Assembly (NCBI GenBank): GCA_964405095.1
Contig: CAYOML010000004.1
Coordinates: forward strand, 5,080-69,079
DNA length: 64,000 bases
Direction: 5' to 3'
From: an uncultured Candidatus Saccharibacteria bacterium
Lineage (GTDB): Bacteria; Patescibacteriota; Saccharimonadia; Saccharimonadales; EFPC-124
Position numbers and translations under genes: made by a program. The notes under the pieces were generated by a model. That model saw only the letters and a list, made by a program, of their open reading frames with translations. It had not been told where the DNA came from and searched no databases. Positions 43,430 to 52,385 of the stretch are shown one piece after another. Position 1 is the first letter of the stretch; every line of letters starts with the position of its first letter.

Positions 43430-44626
43430 TCACCGGATACTTAAGCTGAAGACAAACAACGTAACGTCATAAGTTGCTAACACGCGACCTTTGTTCGAGT
43501 TATGTAGAGGGGCTTTCGAGCAAACCGGCAGATATACTGTAGCGGGTGGGGGGCCATAGGCGTGCTGCGCTTGCTCGTAGTTATATAAATGGCAGGCTAC
43601 AGGTGGTATATCGATTGGCGGAGGAGTTGGAGGCTGGGCTGGTGGCAGCTGGGGAGGGTCTGTTTCGGGCGCTGGCAAATCTGAAGGTGGTAATTCTGGA
43701 GTTTGAGGTGGCTCTGTGGTTGGGGGAATAGGGGCAGGGGCCGGCTCAGGCGTGGGTTCAGGCACAGGCACTGGATCCGGTATAGGCTCGGGTGTTTGAG
43801 TGGGTTCCACCGGCGGTTCGGTGGAATCAACTGGTGGTTCGGTAGTTGGTTCCGGGTCCGATGGAACAGGCGGCTGAGACGGTTCGCTGGGTGGAATCTC
43901 GGGTGCAGGGGCGGGTCCTGGGTCAGGTGTCTGTGACGGGTCAGGCACGGGCTCGGGGTCAATTGGAGGGTCAGCTGGAGCCGGTTCTGGTACAGGGGTT
44001 TCCTCGGCCGGTGGTATCTGGGGGTCAGATGGTGGTACTGTCGGCGGCTCCTCGACCGGCATTTGGCGCGGGCCAGTTTGGGGGTCTGGCTGGCCAGTTA
44101 CAAAATCGGTAGCATTAACATCCGTGTCTTTAAACAGGTCGATTGGGTTACTTTCGCGTCGCAAAGTTGAACCTTTGGCCGGGCTAGCAACGACTAACCC
44201 TTCGGGTGCGACAGCCGTACCCCAGCCTAAAAGATCTATGACTTGCTTGCTGGCATCAACAATCCGCACATGCCCGCCAGCCTCAGCCAAGCCGGCGCCA
44301 AAGAAGTAGTCGGCAACGGCTAGAAAACCGGTGCGACTTAAAAGCACAAAACTATGGCCCGCAACCGAACCACTCAATGTGGCAAGGGCTGTGGTTGTGC
44401 CACCACTGGCAGTGACATATTCTACCTTCCAGCCAGTCACATCAACGGCGCTTGGCGAACGGTTGTAGAGCTCAACAAACTCCTGAGTCTGGCTCGTCGC
44501 ACTTTGCGTCTGCACCTCGCTCACAACCAAGCTGCTACTAAACGCGCCAGCGGGTTTTGGCAGCAATACAAAACCCAGCACTAGAAATGTGAGAACCATT
44601 AGTTTTTTCATCATGAGCGCGATCAT
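43430..44626 (-). CDS. secreted lamin-tail-domain (LTD) protein with about 150-aa Pro-rich linker
   Basis: Signal peptide. LVVSEVQTQSATSQTQEFVELYNRSPSAVDVTGWKVEY fits the LTD opening. PEP/PxP low complexity covers about aa 190-330. Confidence 0.65.
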   Translation of the reverse strand: MIALMMKKLMVLTFLVLGFVLLPKPAGAFSSSLVVSEVQTQSATSQTQEFVELYNRSPSAVDVTGWKVEYVTASGGTTTALATLSGSVAGHSFVLLSRTGFLAVADYFFGAGLAEAGGHVRIVDASKQVIDLLGWGTAVAPEGLVVASPAKGSTLRRESNPIDLFKDTDVNATDFVTGQPDPQTGPRQMPVEEPPTVPPSDPQIPPAEETPVPEPAPADPPIDPEPVPDPSQTPDPGPAPAPEIPPSEPSQPPVPSDPEPTTEPPVDSTEPPVEPTQTPEPIPDPVPVPEPTPEPAPAPIPPTTEPPQTPELPPSDLPAPETDPPQLPPAQPPTPPPIDIPPVACHLYNYEQAQHAYGPPPATVYLPVCSKAPLHNSNKGRVLATYDVTLFVFSLSIR

Positions 44627-44701
44627 AGCCAGACCTGGCTGGCAAAGTCAACGCCAACTTTTCCACAGGTCTACTACTGTAATTATGAAGCGAGCAATGT
44701 T

Positions 44702-46012
44702 TTATGGCGCCAGTCGGTTTATATCACGCGGGAAGAGACTGGCTTCTTTAATGTTGGCAAGACCGATAAACTTCTGAACAACGCGCTCGAGACCCATCCC
44801 AAAACCGCCAAGCGGTGGCATACCGGCTTGCATAGACATTAGGAAGTACTTAAAGCCAGGTGCCTCGGGGTCGCCGCCGGTCATTTCGATTAGCTGTTTC
44901 TTGAGCACCTCGTAGTTGTTTTCGCGCATACTGCCGGTGACAATCTCTACACCTCGGAACAAAAGGTCAACGCGGTCGGCAAATTCTGGTCGGCCGGGTT
45001 GGGCTTTGTGGTAAAAGCGCATTTCGCTGGCAGGCCAATCGGTTACAAACACGGCTTCAGACTTTAGATGTTCGGCGGCGTATTCGCAGGCCCAGCGTTC
45101 TTCATCTGGGCGCAGGTCTTTTTCGCCCACCGCGTTTTCGCCTGTGGCTGCAGAATATTTTTCGTGGATTTCGGCCATGGTCACGCTGGGAATCGTCTCG
45201 GGTAAAACTGGCTTGGTGGCACCCCACTCGTTTAGCTCGCCTTCGCAGTATTGCCAAACGTCATCCGATACAGCATTCAAAACTCCACTCAATAGTTTCT
45301 TGATGTCTTCGATGGTTACAAAGCCCATTTCGGCATCCACACTAACATATTCGGTCATGTGCCGGGTTGTGGCGCTTGGCTCAGCGCGGTAAACCGGGGC
45401 GATTTCGAACACGCGCTCGAACACACCGACCATCATCTCTTTGTAAAATTGCGGGCTTTGGGCTAACGTAGCTTCTTTGCCAAAGTAATCAAACTTAAAA
45501 ACTTCAGCGCCGCCTTCGGTAGCTGCGGCTAGCAGTTTTGGTGTTCGAACCTCGGTAAAATCTTGAGCTCGTAGATATTCGCGGATGGCCCGACCAACTT
45601 CGCTCTGTATCTTAAATACAGCTTGTTCGCGCGGGCTACGCAAACCAACTACTCGGTATTCAAATAGGGTATCCAGGTTCTCGGCTTCGTGACTGAGGGG
45701 CTTATCGATTTCGATTGGTGGTTCCAGTTCGACTGGCACATCAATTTTCAAACTGGTTTCGTGAATTTCTACACCACCTGGGGCGCGGTCATCGGTAGCA
45801 ACAACGCCGGTAATTTCGAGCACAGTGCCAACTTGCAAGCCGCGCAATTTCTCGACTTCGCCTTTATCTTTAACTAGGGCCTGAGCTACGCCAGAGCGGT
45901 CACGCACCACAATAAAAGTCAGGCCGCCGAGCAAGCGTTTTTTATGCAGCCAGCCGGCAATCGTGGCAGACTCACCAATATGTTCTTTAAGCTGCCTTGT
46001 TAGGGTTCTCAT
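44702..46012 (-). CDS. aspS: aspartate--tRNA ligase, archaeal/eukaryotic type (class IIb; possibly non-discriminating)
   Basis: 436 aa. OB-fold N-terminus, motif 1 FTEVRTPKL, motif 2 YRAEPSATTRHMTEYVSVDAE, motif 3 GMPPLGGFGMGLERV, C-terminal FPRD..RL.P. Confidence 0.75.
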   Translation of the reverse strand: MRTLTRQLKEHIGESATIAGWLHKKRLLGGLTFIVVRDRSGVAQALVKDKGEVEKLRGLQVGTVLEITGVVATDDRAPGGVEIHETSLKIDVPVELEPPIEIDKPLSHEAENLDTLFEYRVVGLRSPREQAVFKIQSEVGRAIREYLRAQDFTEVRTPKLLAAATEGGAEVFKFDYFGKEATLAQSPQFYKEMMVGVFERVFEIAPVYRAEPSATTRHMTEYVSVDAEMGFVTIEDIKKLLSGVLNAVSDDVWQYCEGELNEWGATKPVLPETIPSVTMAEIHEKYSAATGENAVGEKDLRPDEERWACEYAAEHLKSEAVFVTDWPASEMRFYHKAQPGRPEFADRVDLLFRGVEIVTGSMRENNYEVLKKQLIEMTGGDPEAPGFKYFLMSMQAGMPPLGGFGMGLERVVQKFIGLANIKEASLFPRDINRLAP

Positions 46013-46973
46013 AGGGTTGTACTTTCTTTGAATCAGTTGATAGGTAGTTCTGGATGGGCGGGGCTGAACCCAGGAGCTTTACCAATGCGTCGCGCAAGGT
46101 AACCAGCCCCGTTATATTGCCATTATCGCCGACTACTATAAACAGTTGCCGACCAGATTGCAAACTGGAGCTAAGTACAACCGCGAGAGGTGCGGATTCG
46201 GGCAGATAGTATACACCTGGCCGCAGTGCGTCTTTGACTTTAGTAACTTCCGGTGCAGGCTCGAGAATATCGCGCACGTAAAGCAGCCCCTGTAAACTAT
46301 TCAGGTCCTTTTTAACTACCGGGTAGACGTTGAAACCAGATTTATGCAGCCTATCAAGTAGGACTGGGCCGACCGTTTCGTCGGCATCGACGGTTACAAT
46401 CCGGCTGCGAGGTACCATAATTCCGGCGATCGTGTGGTCACTGAAATGAAGTGCGCCGAGCACCCGTGCTTTATCTTCGCTATTCAGCACATGGTCGTCG
46501 GCCGCAATCAGTTGCTGCAATTCACTACGCGAACTTAAGTGAATGGTATGAGCCCGAAACTGTGGCGCGAATGGCCGGACAACCGATGCGAATTTGGAAG
46601 CCGGTTGCACCATTCGTTTTTCGATTGCTCCCTGTAGATAACCGGCTATTGACGTTACCCAGCCCCGAGCGGCAGCCAGTTCGGCAATCAGCAGATAGCC
46701 AGCACATAATAACAACCCAGCCCATGCCTCGTGGGTACCAAGCAACAGCGTTGCAAGCAAAGCCACCAAGAGCACCTCCTTGAGGCGTTGCAGAGCAATC
46801 AGAATAGGCAACATGTGGTGACGTTGTAATTCGGCCTGCGCCCTAGTGTCACCCTGCTCAGCCAGACGGCTCAGTTCGAAGTCGCTGGTCTTGGCCGGAA
46901 CGTAGTGCAGGCTCTTTACCACCGCCAAAAATAAGGTGATGAGCAACGCTAAACCTTGTATAAACCATTCCAT
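45987..46973 (-). CDS. CNNM/DUF21 + CBS-pair membrane protein (CorC/HlyC-like)
   Basis: Four N-terminal TM helices, then tandem CBS (IMVPRSRIVTVDADETV...VYPVV...L.GLLYVRDIL...ITGLVTLRD). Confidence 0.7.
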   Translation of the reverse strand: MEWFIQGLALLITLFLAVVKSLHYVPAKTSDFELSRLAEQGDTRAQAELQRHHMLPILIALQRLKEVLLVALLATLLLGTHEAWAGLLLCAGYLLIAELAAARGWVTSIAGYLQGAIEKRMVQPASKFASVVRPFAPQFRAHTIHLSSRSELQQLIAADDHVLNSEDKARVLGALHFSDHTIAGIMVPRSRIVTVDADETVGPVLLDRLHKSGFNVYPVVKKDLNSLQGLLYVRDILEPAPEVTKVKDALRPGVYYLPESAPLAVVLSSSLQSGRQLFIVVGDNGNITGLVTLRDALVKLLGSAPPIQNYLSTDSKKVQPYENPNKAA

Positions 46974-46997
46974 ATATTTCTATTGTATTATGGAATA

Positions 46998-47681
46998 ATG
47001 AACAAGACGAAATGGATTATTTTTGTAGTGGTGGTCGCCGCCCTGTTTGGCGGTGTTGTTTGGCTGAGTAAAAGCAGTGAAAAACCGTTTGAAGGCGATG
47101 CCACAAAAGCAATTGACCAAGGCGAAATCAAAGATCATATCTTTGGTAACACCGAGCAAAAAGTAGTTTTGATTGAGTACGGTGATTACCAGTGCCCAGG
47201 TTGCGGCGCGATTTACCAACCACTTCGGGATTTAACTGAAAAATATAAAGACAAACTAACCTTTATTTTCCGTAACATGCCGCTTACCAATAACCATCCT
47301 AATGCCCTGGCCGCTGCTACGGCCGCCGAAGCTGCTGGTCTGCAAGGTAAGTACTACGAGATGCACGACAAGCTATACGAGGCTCAGGAGGCCTGGAGTG
47401 GTGCTACACTCGACCAGCGCACAGCCATCTTTGAGGGCTATGCTAGCGATATCGGCCTAGATGTAGCCAAATTTAAACAAGATCTATCCTCAAAAACCAT
47501 TAGCGATAAGATCAGCCGTGACAAATCAACCGGGTTGAAAACATTTGGTGTCGATAGCACTCCCACATTTGTACTCAATGGCACTGTTATAAAGGGTCAA
47601 GATGCTGTCACAGCCGAGACATTGACCAAAAAGGTCGAGGACGCCCTGAAAGCAGCCTTCGGCCAAGACGCTCTGAAATAA
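46998..47681 (+). CDS. DsbA-family thiol:disulfide oxidoreductase, membrane-anchored
   Basis: TM anchor WIIFVVVVAALFGGVVW. Active site YQCPGCG. The ATG at 46998 is preferred over 46956. Confidence 0.8.
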   Translation: MNKTKWIIFVVVVAALFGGVVWLSKSSEKPFEGDATKAIDQGEIKDHIFGNTEQKVVLIEYGDYQCPGCGAIYQPLRDLTEKYKDKLTFIFRNMPLTNNHPNALAAATAAEAAGLQGKYYEMHDKLYEAQEAWSGATLDQRTAIFEGYASDIGLDVAKFKQDLSSKTISDKISRDKSTGLKTFGVDSTPTFVLNGTVIKGQDAVTAETLTKKVEDALKAAFGQDALK

Positions 47682-47711
47682 AATAACCCCCGTTGTTTCG
47701 GGGGTTATTTT
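47681..47711. terminator. bidirectional Rho-independent terminator
   Basis: AAATAACCCCC-gttgtttc-GGGGGTTATTT with flanking A/T runs. Confidence 0.75.
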
Positions 47712-47714
47712 AGG

Positions 47715-47807
47715 CTAGTAGAGCAAGTAATCCTGCCACTCAGCCGGAACAATCTCCACCGCAACTTTTCGCGCCTTAGAAGGCACCTTGCGGATGTCAA
47801 TTGGCAT
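47715..47807 (-). CDS. candidate 30-aa small protein (MPIDIRKVPSKARKVAVEIVPAEWQDYLLY)
   Basis: It is below the ORF-track cutoff. AAGGAG lies 6 nt upstream of the ATG (47807), and the stop is directly followed by the 47681-47711 terminator. There is no homology evidence. Confidence 0.3.
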   Translation of the reverse strand: MPIDIRKVPSKARKVAVEIVPAEWQDYLLY

Positions 47808-48074
47808 TGCTAACTCCTTGACGCGTTTACCCACCCCTTGCTGAGGGAGTACAAAAACAGTACTTATGAGCGTCTTTGTTAATGTGGTGGCCATACGACC
47901 GGCTCTGACCTACACCGGCGTAACACACAACTAGAACCTTACCAAAGCTTACCGAACAGATCAAGCATAAGCTGCTTTCGATGTGTACAATATGTGTATA
48001 AACCTCCTGTGGAGGTTTATTAAAAGAGTGTGCTCGGTGAGGGGGAGGGTGTGGAGTGGTTCGGATTTATCAGA

Positions 48075-49004
48075 CTAGATAATCCGGCGTTTCTTGGCTA
48101 AAAGATACACACCAACGCTGAGAATTATAGAACTGGCGAATATTGCGGCAAATATCCAGCCAGCATGCTGGAATGGCAAACTAATGTTCATGCCGTATAG
48201 CCCAAACAAAACGTTTGGCAGAGTGATCATAATTGTGACGACTGTCAGGATTTTAATAGTCTGGTTCAGATTATTAGAACTGATGGTGGCGTAGGCACCA
48301 CGGATGTTGGTGATCGATTTAACGTGTGAGCGACAGCCTTCAATTGACTGCTCAGTATTTAGTAGCAGGTCTTCCACCACATCTTGATCCTGCTCAAACA
48401 GTGGTATGTGCCGCCCAAGTAGCAGGCGACGCAAAATAGCCGTGCTCGGCAGCATAGCTGACAAGAATTCATTCAGTTCGTCCTCGATCAGTACAAAATC
48501 GACAAAATCCTGGTTACTAATGTCGTGGCCTTTAAGCCGCGAGCGGATGATTTTGATCTGGCGGCCAACATTGTTGATGAAAACCTCGTATTGGTCGGCG
48601 ATCTGATCCATGATCATCAACGCTAGACGGGTGCGCTGCGTGGTAGCAAAATCCAAACGGCCATTCAAAAAACGCTGCAAACGCGGCAATTCGCCGGTAG
48701 AAATAGTCATGAACAGTTCGGGACCGATAATACAGAGCAGCGGGGCAGTGTCGAGCTCCAATTCGTCGCTGGTGAAAGCATAGCGTACAAAGATATAACT
48801 TAGCTCACCCTCGCGCTCCAGACGCGGCATTTCGTCGGGATCGAGCGCGTCCTGTACATGACCAGTTTCGAGTTTGAATCGTCGCACTAAAAAATCGACT
48901 TCTTCACTCGTCGGCGATTCAACGTAAACCCAACAACCCGGCTTATATGCTTCGAGTTCACTGAGTTTTTTGGTACGTAGGTTTTTATGGTAATAACGGA
49001 TCAT
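48075..49004 (-). CDS. corA: CorA-family magnesium/cobalt transporter
   Basis: 309 aa. Two C-terminal TM helices with the YGMNI (GMN) motif. Confidence 0.85.
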   Translation of the reverse strand: MIRYYHKNLRTKKLSELEAYKPGCWVYVESPTSEEVDFLVRRFKLETGHVQDALDPDEMPRLEREGELSYIFVRYAFTSDELELDTAPLLCIIGPELFMTISTGELPRLQRFLNGRLDFATTQRTRLALMIMDQIADQYEVFINNVGRQIKIIRSRLKGHDISNQDFVDFVLIEDELNEFLSAMLPSTAILRRLLLGRHIPLFEQDQDVVEDLLLNTEQSIEGCRSHVKSITNIRGAYATISSNNLNQTIKILTVVTIMITLPNVLFGLYGMNISLPFQHAGWIFAAIFASSIILSVGVYLLAKKRRII

Positions 49005-49018
49005 CAGGTATTAGTATA

Positions 49019-50452
49019 TCAGCCATTGGCCACGGCTGATGCTTCAACCTCCCGACCAGTACCCTTTTCCACAAAATACCGTTTTGTACCACCCACTACC
49101 AATCTTTCTTTGGCTATCATCTCGCTGCCGTTTGGTAGAATAATACGCTCGCCTGGTCTTAGCTGAACAGTGGTGGCTATTTTGCGCTTAACCATATTGC
49201 GACGGGCTTGGATTGCCCGTTGGCCTAAAGCCTGTCGGTACTTTTTGACGTCGTTGCCATATGGTCCACATTCGGAACATTTAGGTTCGCAAGGATCATA
49301 ATCGACTATCGAATCACAGAAAGGGCATGGGCCTCTCACTTTTTGCCTAACGCCATAACCCAAGGCCTCGAACTGGCCCTGGGCGGTGGTGGCGCTGGCG
49401 TTAAATCCACAACCGTTGAAGCTCTCGCCAGAAGCTGTAGCCTCACCGACGGCTGCACCGCGCTCACTGGCTATGTCTGCGTGTTTAGTCGTCCATTCAG
49501 TACCAAGCTCGTAGCGGCGCCTTAAGGCGGCAGCCGTGCCGTATCGAATAGCTTCCGCTTGGAGAGCAATGCCTTTGTCTTTGCTCCCCCGTTTTTGGCT
49601 CAAGACATACGGCGCAATCCGCCACAGATGGTCCTTGATAAGATCGGCCTGGTTTAGGGTGAACTGCCATGTGTCACCTCCGGCCTGGTGGCGGCCGGCG
49701 CGATGCGCACCCCCGTGTATGTGGTCCATAGCGGTGTCATAAATACCCATCACTATGTCTGGCAGGGCCGCCTGTTCCTCGGCCGTCAGGTTGATTGCGA
49801 CCCTCTCACCCAGCATTTCGTCATTCGTCGTCGAAACATCAGGGGCAGGGCGGCCAAAATAAGTGTAGATAGCATTGTAGGCTTCGCGTTCGTCGCCGTC
49901 GAGTGATTGGGAACAAATAGTTATATCACCGGTAGCATCGTCGCGAGTAATTATCCGGCTCCAGCCAAGGCCCCGCGAGGCCTGATAGCCATGGATGTCC
50001 TCTTCTAGACCGGCTAAAATAGCCGAGTTGACGACTACAGTGTTGGGGGTACTGCGATCATGGGCCATGTTATCCATAATCAAAAATTCTTCCCACTCGA
50101 CATCTGTTCGCATGACTTCGCCTTGCATCCGAGAATCCCGGCCGGCTAGTGTCTGGGCCCGCTCCTTGCTGTTTTCGAAAATTCCCCTGAGCTGTCGTCC
50201 GTCCTTGGCCGTCAGCTCGCCATCAACCAACCTGAAAGTAAAACGGCTGCGCATCGAACCATTCAACGTTTCGGCCAGCCAGGTTGTTTCGTCTTCGTAT
50301 AAACCAGCCAGCTCACGGCGCTCACGTTCTAGGGCACGGCCGTAATCTTCAAATCGTTCCCGTTCAATTCGGGCACGCACATCTTTTATAGACCATGTAG
50401 GTGTTGTTACGCGGGCTCGGCCAGACATTAAAACTACCCTGCTTTTTTCCAA
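49019..50452 (-). CDS. hypothetical cytoplasmic protein with C-terminal CxxC...CxxC zinc-ribbon
   Basis: 477 aa, no TM helix. CPFCDSIVDYDPCEPKCSECG near aa 385-405, followed by a basic tail. The start is TTG 50452 or ATG 50428. The stop lies 15 nt before the corA start. Confidence 0.6.
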   Translation of the reverse strand: MEKSRVVLMSGRARVTTPTWSIKDVRARIERERFEDYGRALERERRELAGLYEDETTWLAETLNGSMRSRFTFRLVDGELTAKDGRQLRGIFENSKERAQTLAGRDSRMQGEVMRTDVEWEEFLIMDNMAHDRSTPNTVVVNSAILAGLEEDIHGYQASRGLGWSRIITRDDATGDITICSQSLDGDEREAYNAIYTYFGRPAPDVSTTNDEMLGERVAINLTAEEQAALPDIVMGIYDTAMDHIHGGAHRAGRHQAGGDTWQFTLNQADLIKDHLWRIAPYVLSQKRGSKDKGIALQAEAIRYGTAAALRRRYELGTEWTTKHADIASERGAAVGEATASGESFNGCGFNASATTAQGQFEALGYGVRQKVRGPCPFCDSIVDYDPCEPKCSECGPYGNDVKKYRQALGQRAIQARRNMVKRKIATTVQLRPGERIILPNGSEMIAKERLVVGGTKRYFVEKGTGREVEASAVANG

Positions 50453-50694
50453 GCAGAGTAGTTATGTTTTTAAAAACGTGCACCTATAAAATCAGAGGTG
50501 TCCACTTTTCCTGCTCGGGATTAACGTCAAAGCGGATGTATCGGGCTCAGTCCCTTTCTAAGGAACATTACCGTTGCGGCACAGCTGACGAATTACACGT
50601 CATTCCATACACGCTCAGACGGACAAATTGTTAATACACTAAGTATACACACTACGGATAGCGGCAGATGATGTAGAATCTACGCTAACAGTAA

Positions 50695-51132
50695 TTACGG
50701 TTTCGTGGTGTCGGTGGGCGTAGTTGTATCGGCTGGCTTGGTCTGCGACGTGTCGCTAATATTTACCGGACCAACGTTGATCAGCTTGTTCTCTTTTTCG
50801 CGGTACAAGAGTGCCAGTTTGGCTTTGGTGTAAATCAAGATGTAATCACCATTTTGAGCCTTGCCGAAGAATGCTTGGTCTTTGAGCTTGTCTTTATCTG
50901 AAATTTGGGCGATAGTTGGATCCTCATCGTTCGGCAGCGCGTATAACTTGCCTACTTCTGTTTTCAGGCGCTGGGTCGTTTCTTGAGTGGCCAGCGATGG
51001 GTCATTCTTGAGTCTCATGTACTGCCAGAAGTAATAACCAGCCGCTGCCGCTAAGCCCACCAAAATCAGAACGCCAACAATAATAAGAATTCGATTGCGC
51101 ATTTTCCTCCCTGTTCCCTCCACTTCAATCAT
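50695..51132 (-). CDS. small membrane-anchored hypothetical protein (paralog of 13112-13546)
   Basis: The likely start is ATG 51102 (MRNRILIIVGVLILVGL). See the paralog alignment under finding 13112-13546. Confidence 0.65.
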   Translation of the reverse strand: MIEVEGTGRKMRNRILIIVGVLILVGLAAAAGYYFWQYMRLKNDPSLATQETTQRLKTEVGKLYALPNDEDPTIAQISDKDKLKDQAFFGKAQNGDYILIYTKAKLALLYREKENKLINVGPVNISDTSQTKPADTTTPTDTTKP

Positions 51133-51228
51133 ATGTAGCTATGGTACGGCAAAAGCCTGATGTCGGTCAAGTTTTGGGGAACAGGCGAGGTTTTTGCAAT
51201 CGTGTCGCAGGAATAATATAGTTGAGCT

Positions 51229-51642
51229 ATGGACAGCGGCATCCAGAAAGTCAAAACGACCCTCAAAGAGGCACATTTCAGCGCCACCCGCAGCCGCTTG
51301 CTAGTTTTTACTAACCTGGCAAACACTGGCCCAAAAAGCGTCGGGGCACTAGCCGAGGCTTTGCAAAAAGACATCGACCGCGCCACAGTTTATAGAACTA
51401 TCGAACTCTTCGAGCGCTTAGGCATTGTTAATCGTATATGGCAGGGCTTTAAACACCAGGTCGAGTTGAGTGAGATTTTTACACCGCATCATCACCACGC
51501 CCTATGCCAAAATTGCGGTCGGACGATCGATATCGCCAGCCCAGAACTGGAGGCTGCTCTTACAACCCTGGCCAAAAAACATCGTTTTTTGGCCCTCAAC
51601 CACTCCGTAGAATTGAACGGCTACTGCCCTAATTGCCAGTAA
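51229..51642 (+). CDS. Fur-family metalloregulator (Fur/Zur/PerR)
   Basis: 137 aa. Winged-helix N-terminus, HHHHALCQNCG...CPNC metal sites. Confidence 0.8.
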   Translation: MDSGIQKVKTTLKEAHFSATRSRLLVFTNLANTGPKSVGALAEALQKDIDRATVYRTIELFERLGIVNRIWQGFKHQVELSEIFTPHHHHALCQNCGRTIDIASPELEAALTTLAKKHRFLALNHSVELNGYCPNCQ

Positions 51643-51658
51643 TTAGTGTGGCTCAGAC

Positions 51659-51749
51659 CAACACTGTGGCATTCTGAGCAGACTTAGCTTCCCGCGGACG
51701 AGGCCGCTGCTTGCGGCCGAAGTCGTCTGCAAAGAATGCCATAGTGTTG
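51659..51749. other. long imperfect hairpin H1 (25-nt arms)
   Basis: CAACACTGTGGCATTCTGAGCAGAC (51659-51683) pairs with GTCTGCAAAGAATGCCATAGTGTTG (51725-51749) at 22/25 positions. The inner GGCCGC-tgctt-GCGGCC tip continues the stem. Confidence 0.75.
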
Positions 51750-51758
51750 ATCGGGCAT

Positions 51759-51898
51759 CAACGTATGCCTGCACCATCCCCACTTGTTACTTCAACGGCA
51801 CATTCCGCGCGGGGCAGCCCTTGGTGGGGCTGCTCCGGCTGCACTCGGCATCCAGACCGTTGGAGTAACAAGTGGGATGGTGCAGGACCTATACGTTG
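51759..51898. other. long imperfect hairpin H2 (about 40-nt arms)
   Basis: 51759-51798 pairs with 51857-51898 through blocks of 8, 13, 10 and 6 nt, with small bulges. The inner GCAGCCC-ttggtg-GGGCTGC tip continues the stem. Confidence 0.75.
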
Positions 51899-52033
51899 TA
51901 ATCTTTTACTATCTGTGCTCTAATGTAGGACAGCAGATACTTGCTACGGATTTGGTTTAGATGTGCCTTGACTGCCTTCTACGACCCAAGTGGTAAGTGG
52001 TCGTTCTGCGCCATTTTAAGATAAGGAAGTAGC

Positions 52034-52333
52034 ATGGCAGTCAAACTATATGTCGGCAATTTGCCGTATAGCACGACCGAAGACGACCTGCGCGAAATGT
52101 TCGCAGCGCACGGTACCGTCGAGTCAGCCGCAGTCATTTCTGACCGCGACACTGGCCGATCCAAAGGCTTTGGCTTCGTTGAAATGAGCACCCCAGAAGA
52201 GGCGAAAGCCGCTATGGACGCTCTCAACGGCAAAGATTTTGGTGGTCGTGGCTTGGTAGTCAACGAAGCTCGCCCACGCGAAGATCGCCCCCGTTCAAAC
52301 GACGGTGGTGGCAATCGCCAACGCAGCTGGTAG
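52034..52333 (+). CDS. RRM-type RNA-binding protein with Arg/Gly-rich tail
   Basis: RNP-2 LYVGNL, RNP-1 KGFGFVEM. 99 aa. AAGGAAG SD. Confidence 0.85.
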   Translation: MAVKLYVGNLPYSTTEDDLREMFAAHGTVESAAVISDRDTGRSKGFGFVEMSTPEEAKAAMDALNGKDFGGRGLVVNEARPREDRPRSNDGGGNRQRSW

Positions 52334-52354
52334 ATAATCCAGTCAACTATAAGA

Positions 52355-52385
52355 AATAACCTCCCATCTGGGAGGTTATTTTTTG
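52355..52385. terminator. bidirectional Rho-independent terminator
   Basis: AATAACCTCCC-atct-GGGAGGTTATTTTTT. It overlaps the stop of the convergent gene. Confidence 0.75.

Noticed and set aside
43546-44584. Six ORFs on both strands across the Pro-rich region of the LTD protein gene
   Set aside because: Alternative frames of CCN/GAN-rich low-complexity DNA stay open by composition. Only the 398-aa frame has a signal peptide and a recognisable domain.
51133-51228. Fur box upstream of the fur-family gene (AT-rich GCAGGAATAATATAGTTGAGC)
   Set aside because: It only loosely resembles the GATAATGATAATCATTATC consensus and has no clear dyad. This is not enough to call an operator.
51711-51923. 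70-aa ORF in the fur-rbp intergenic region
   Set aside because: It lies entirely within the two long hairpins. It has no SD, and its sequence is the mirror-image product of palindromic DNA.
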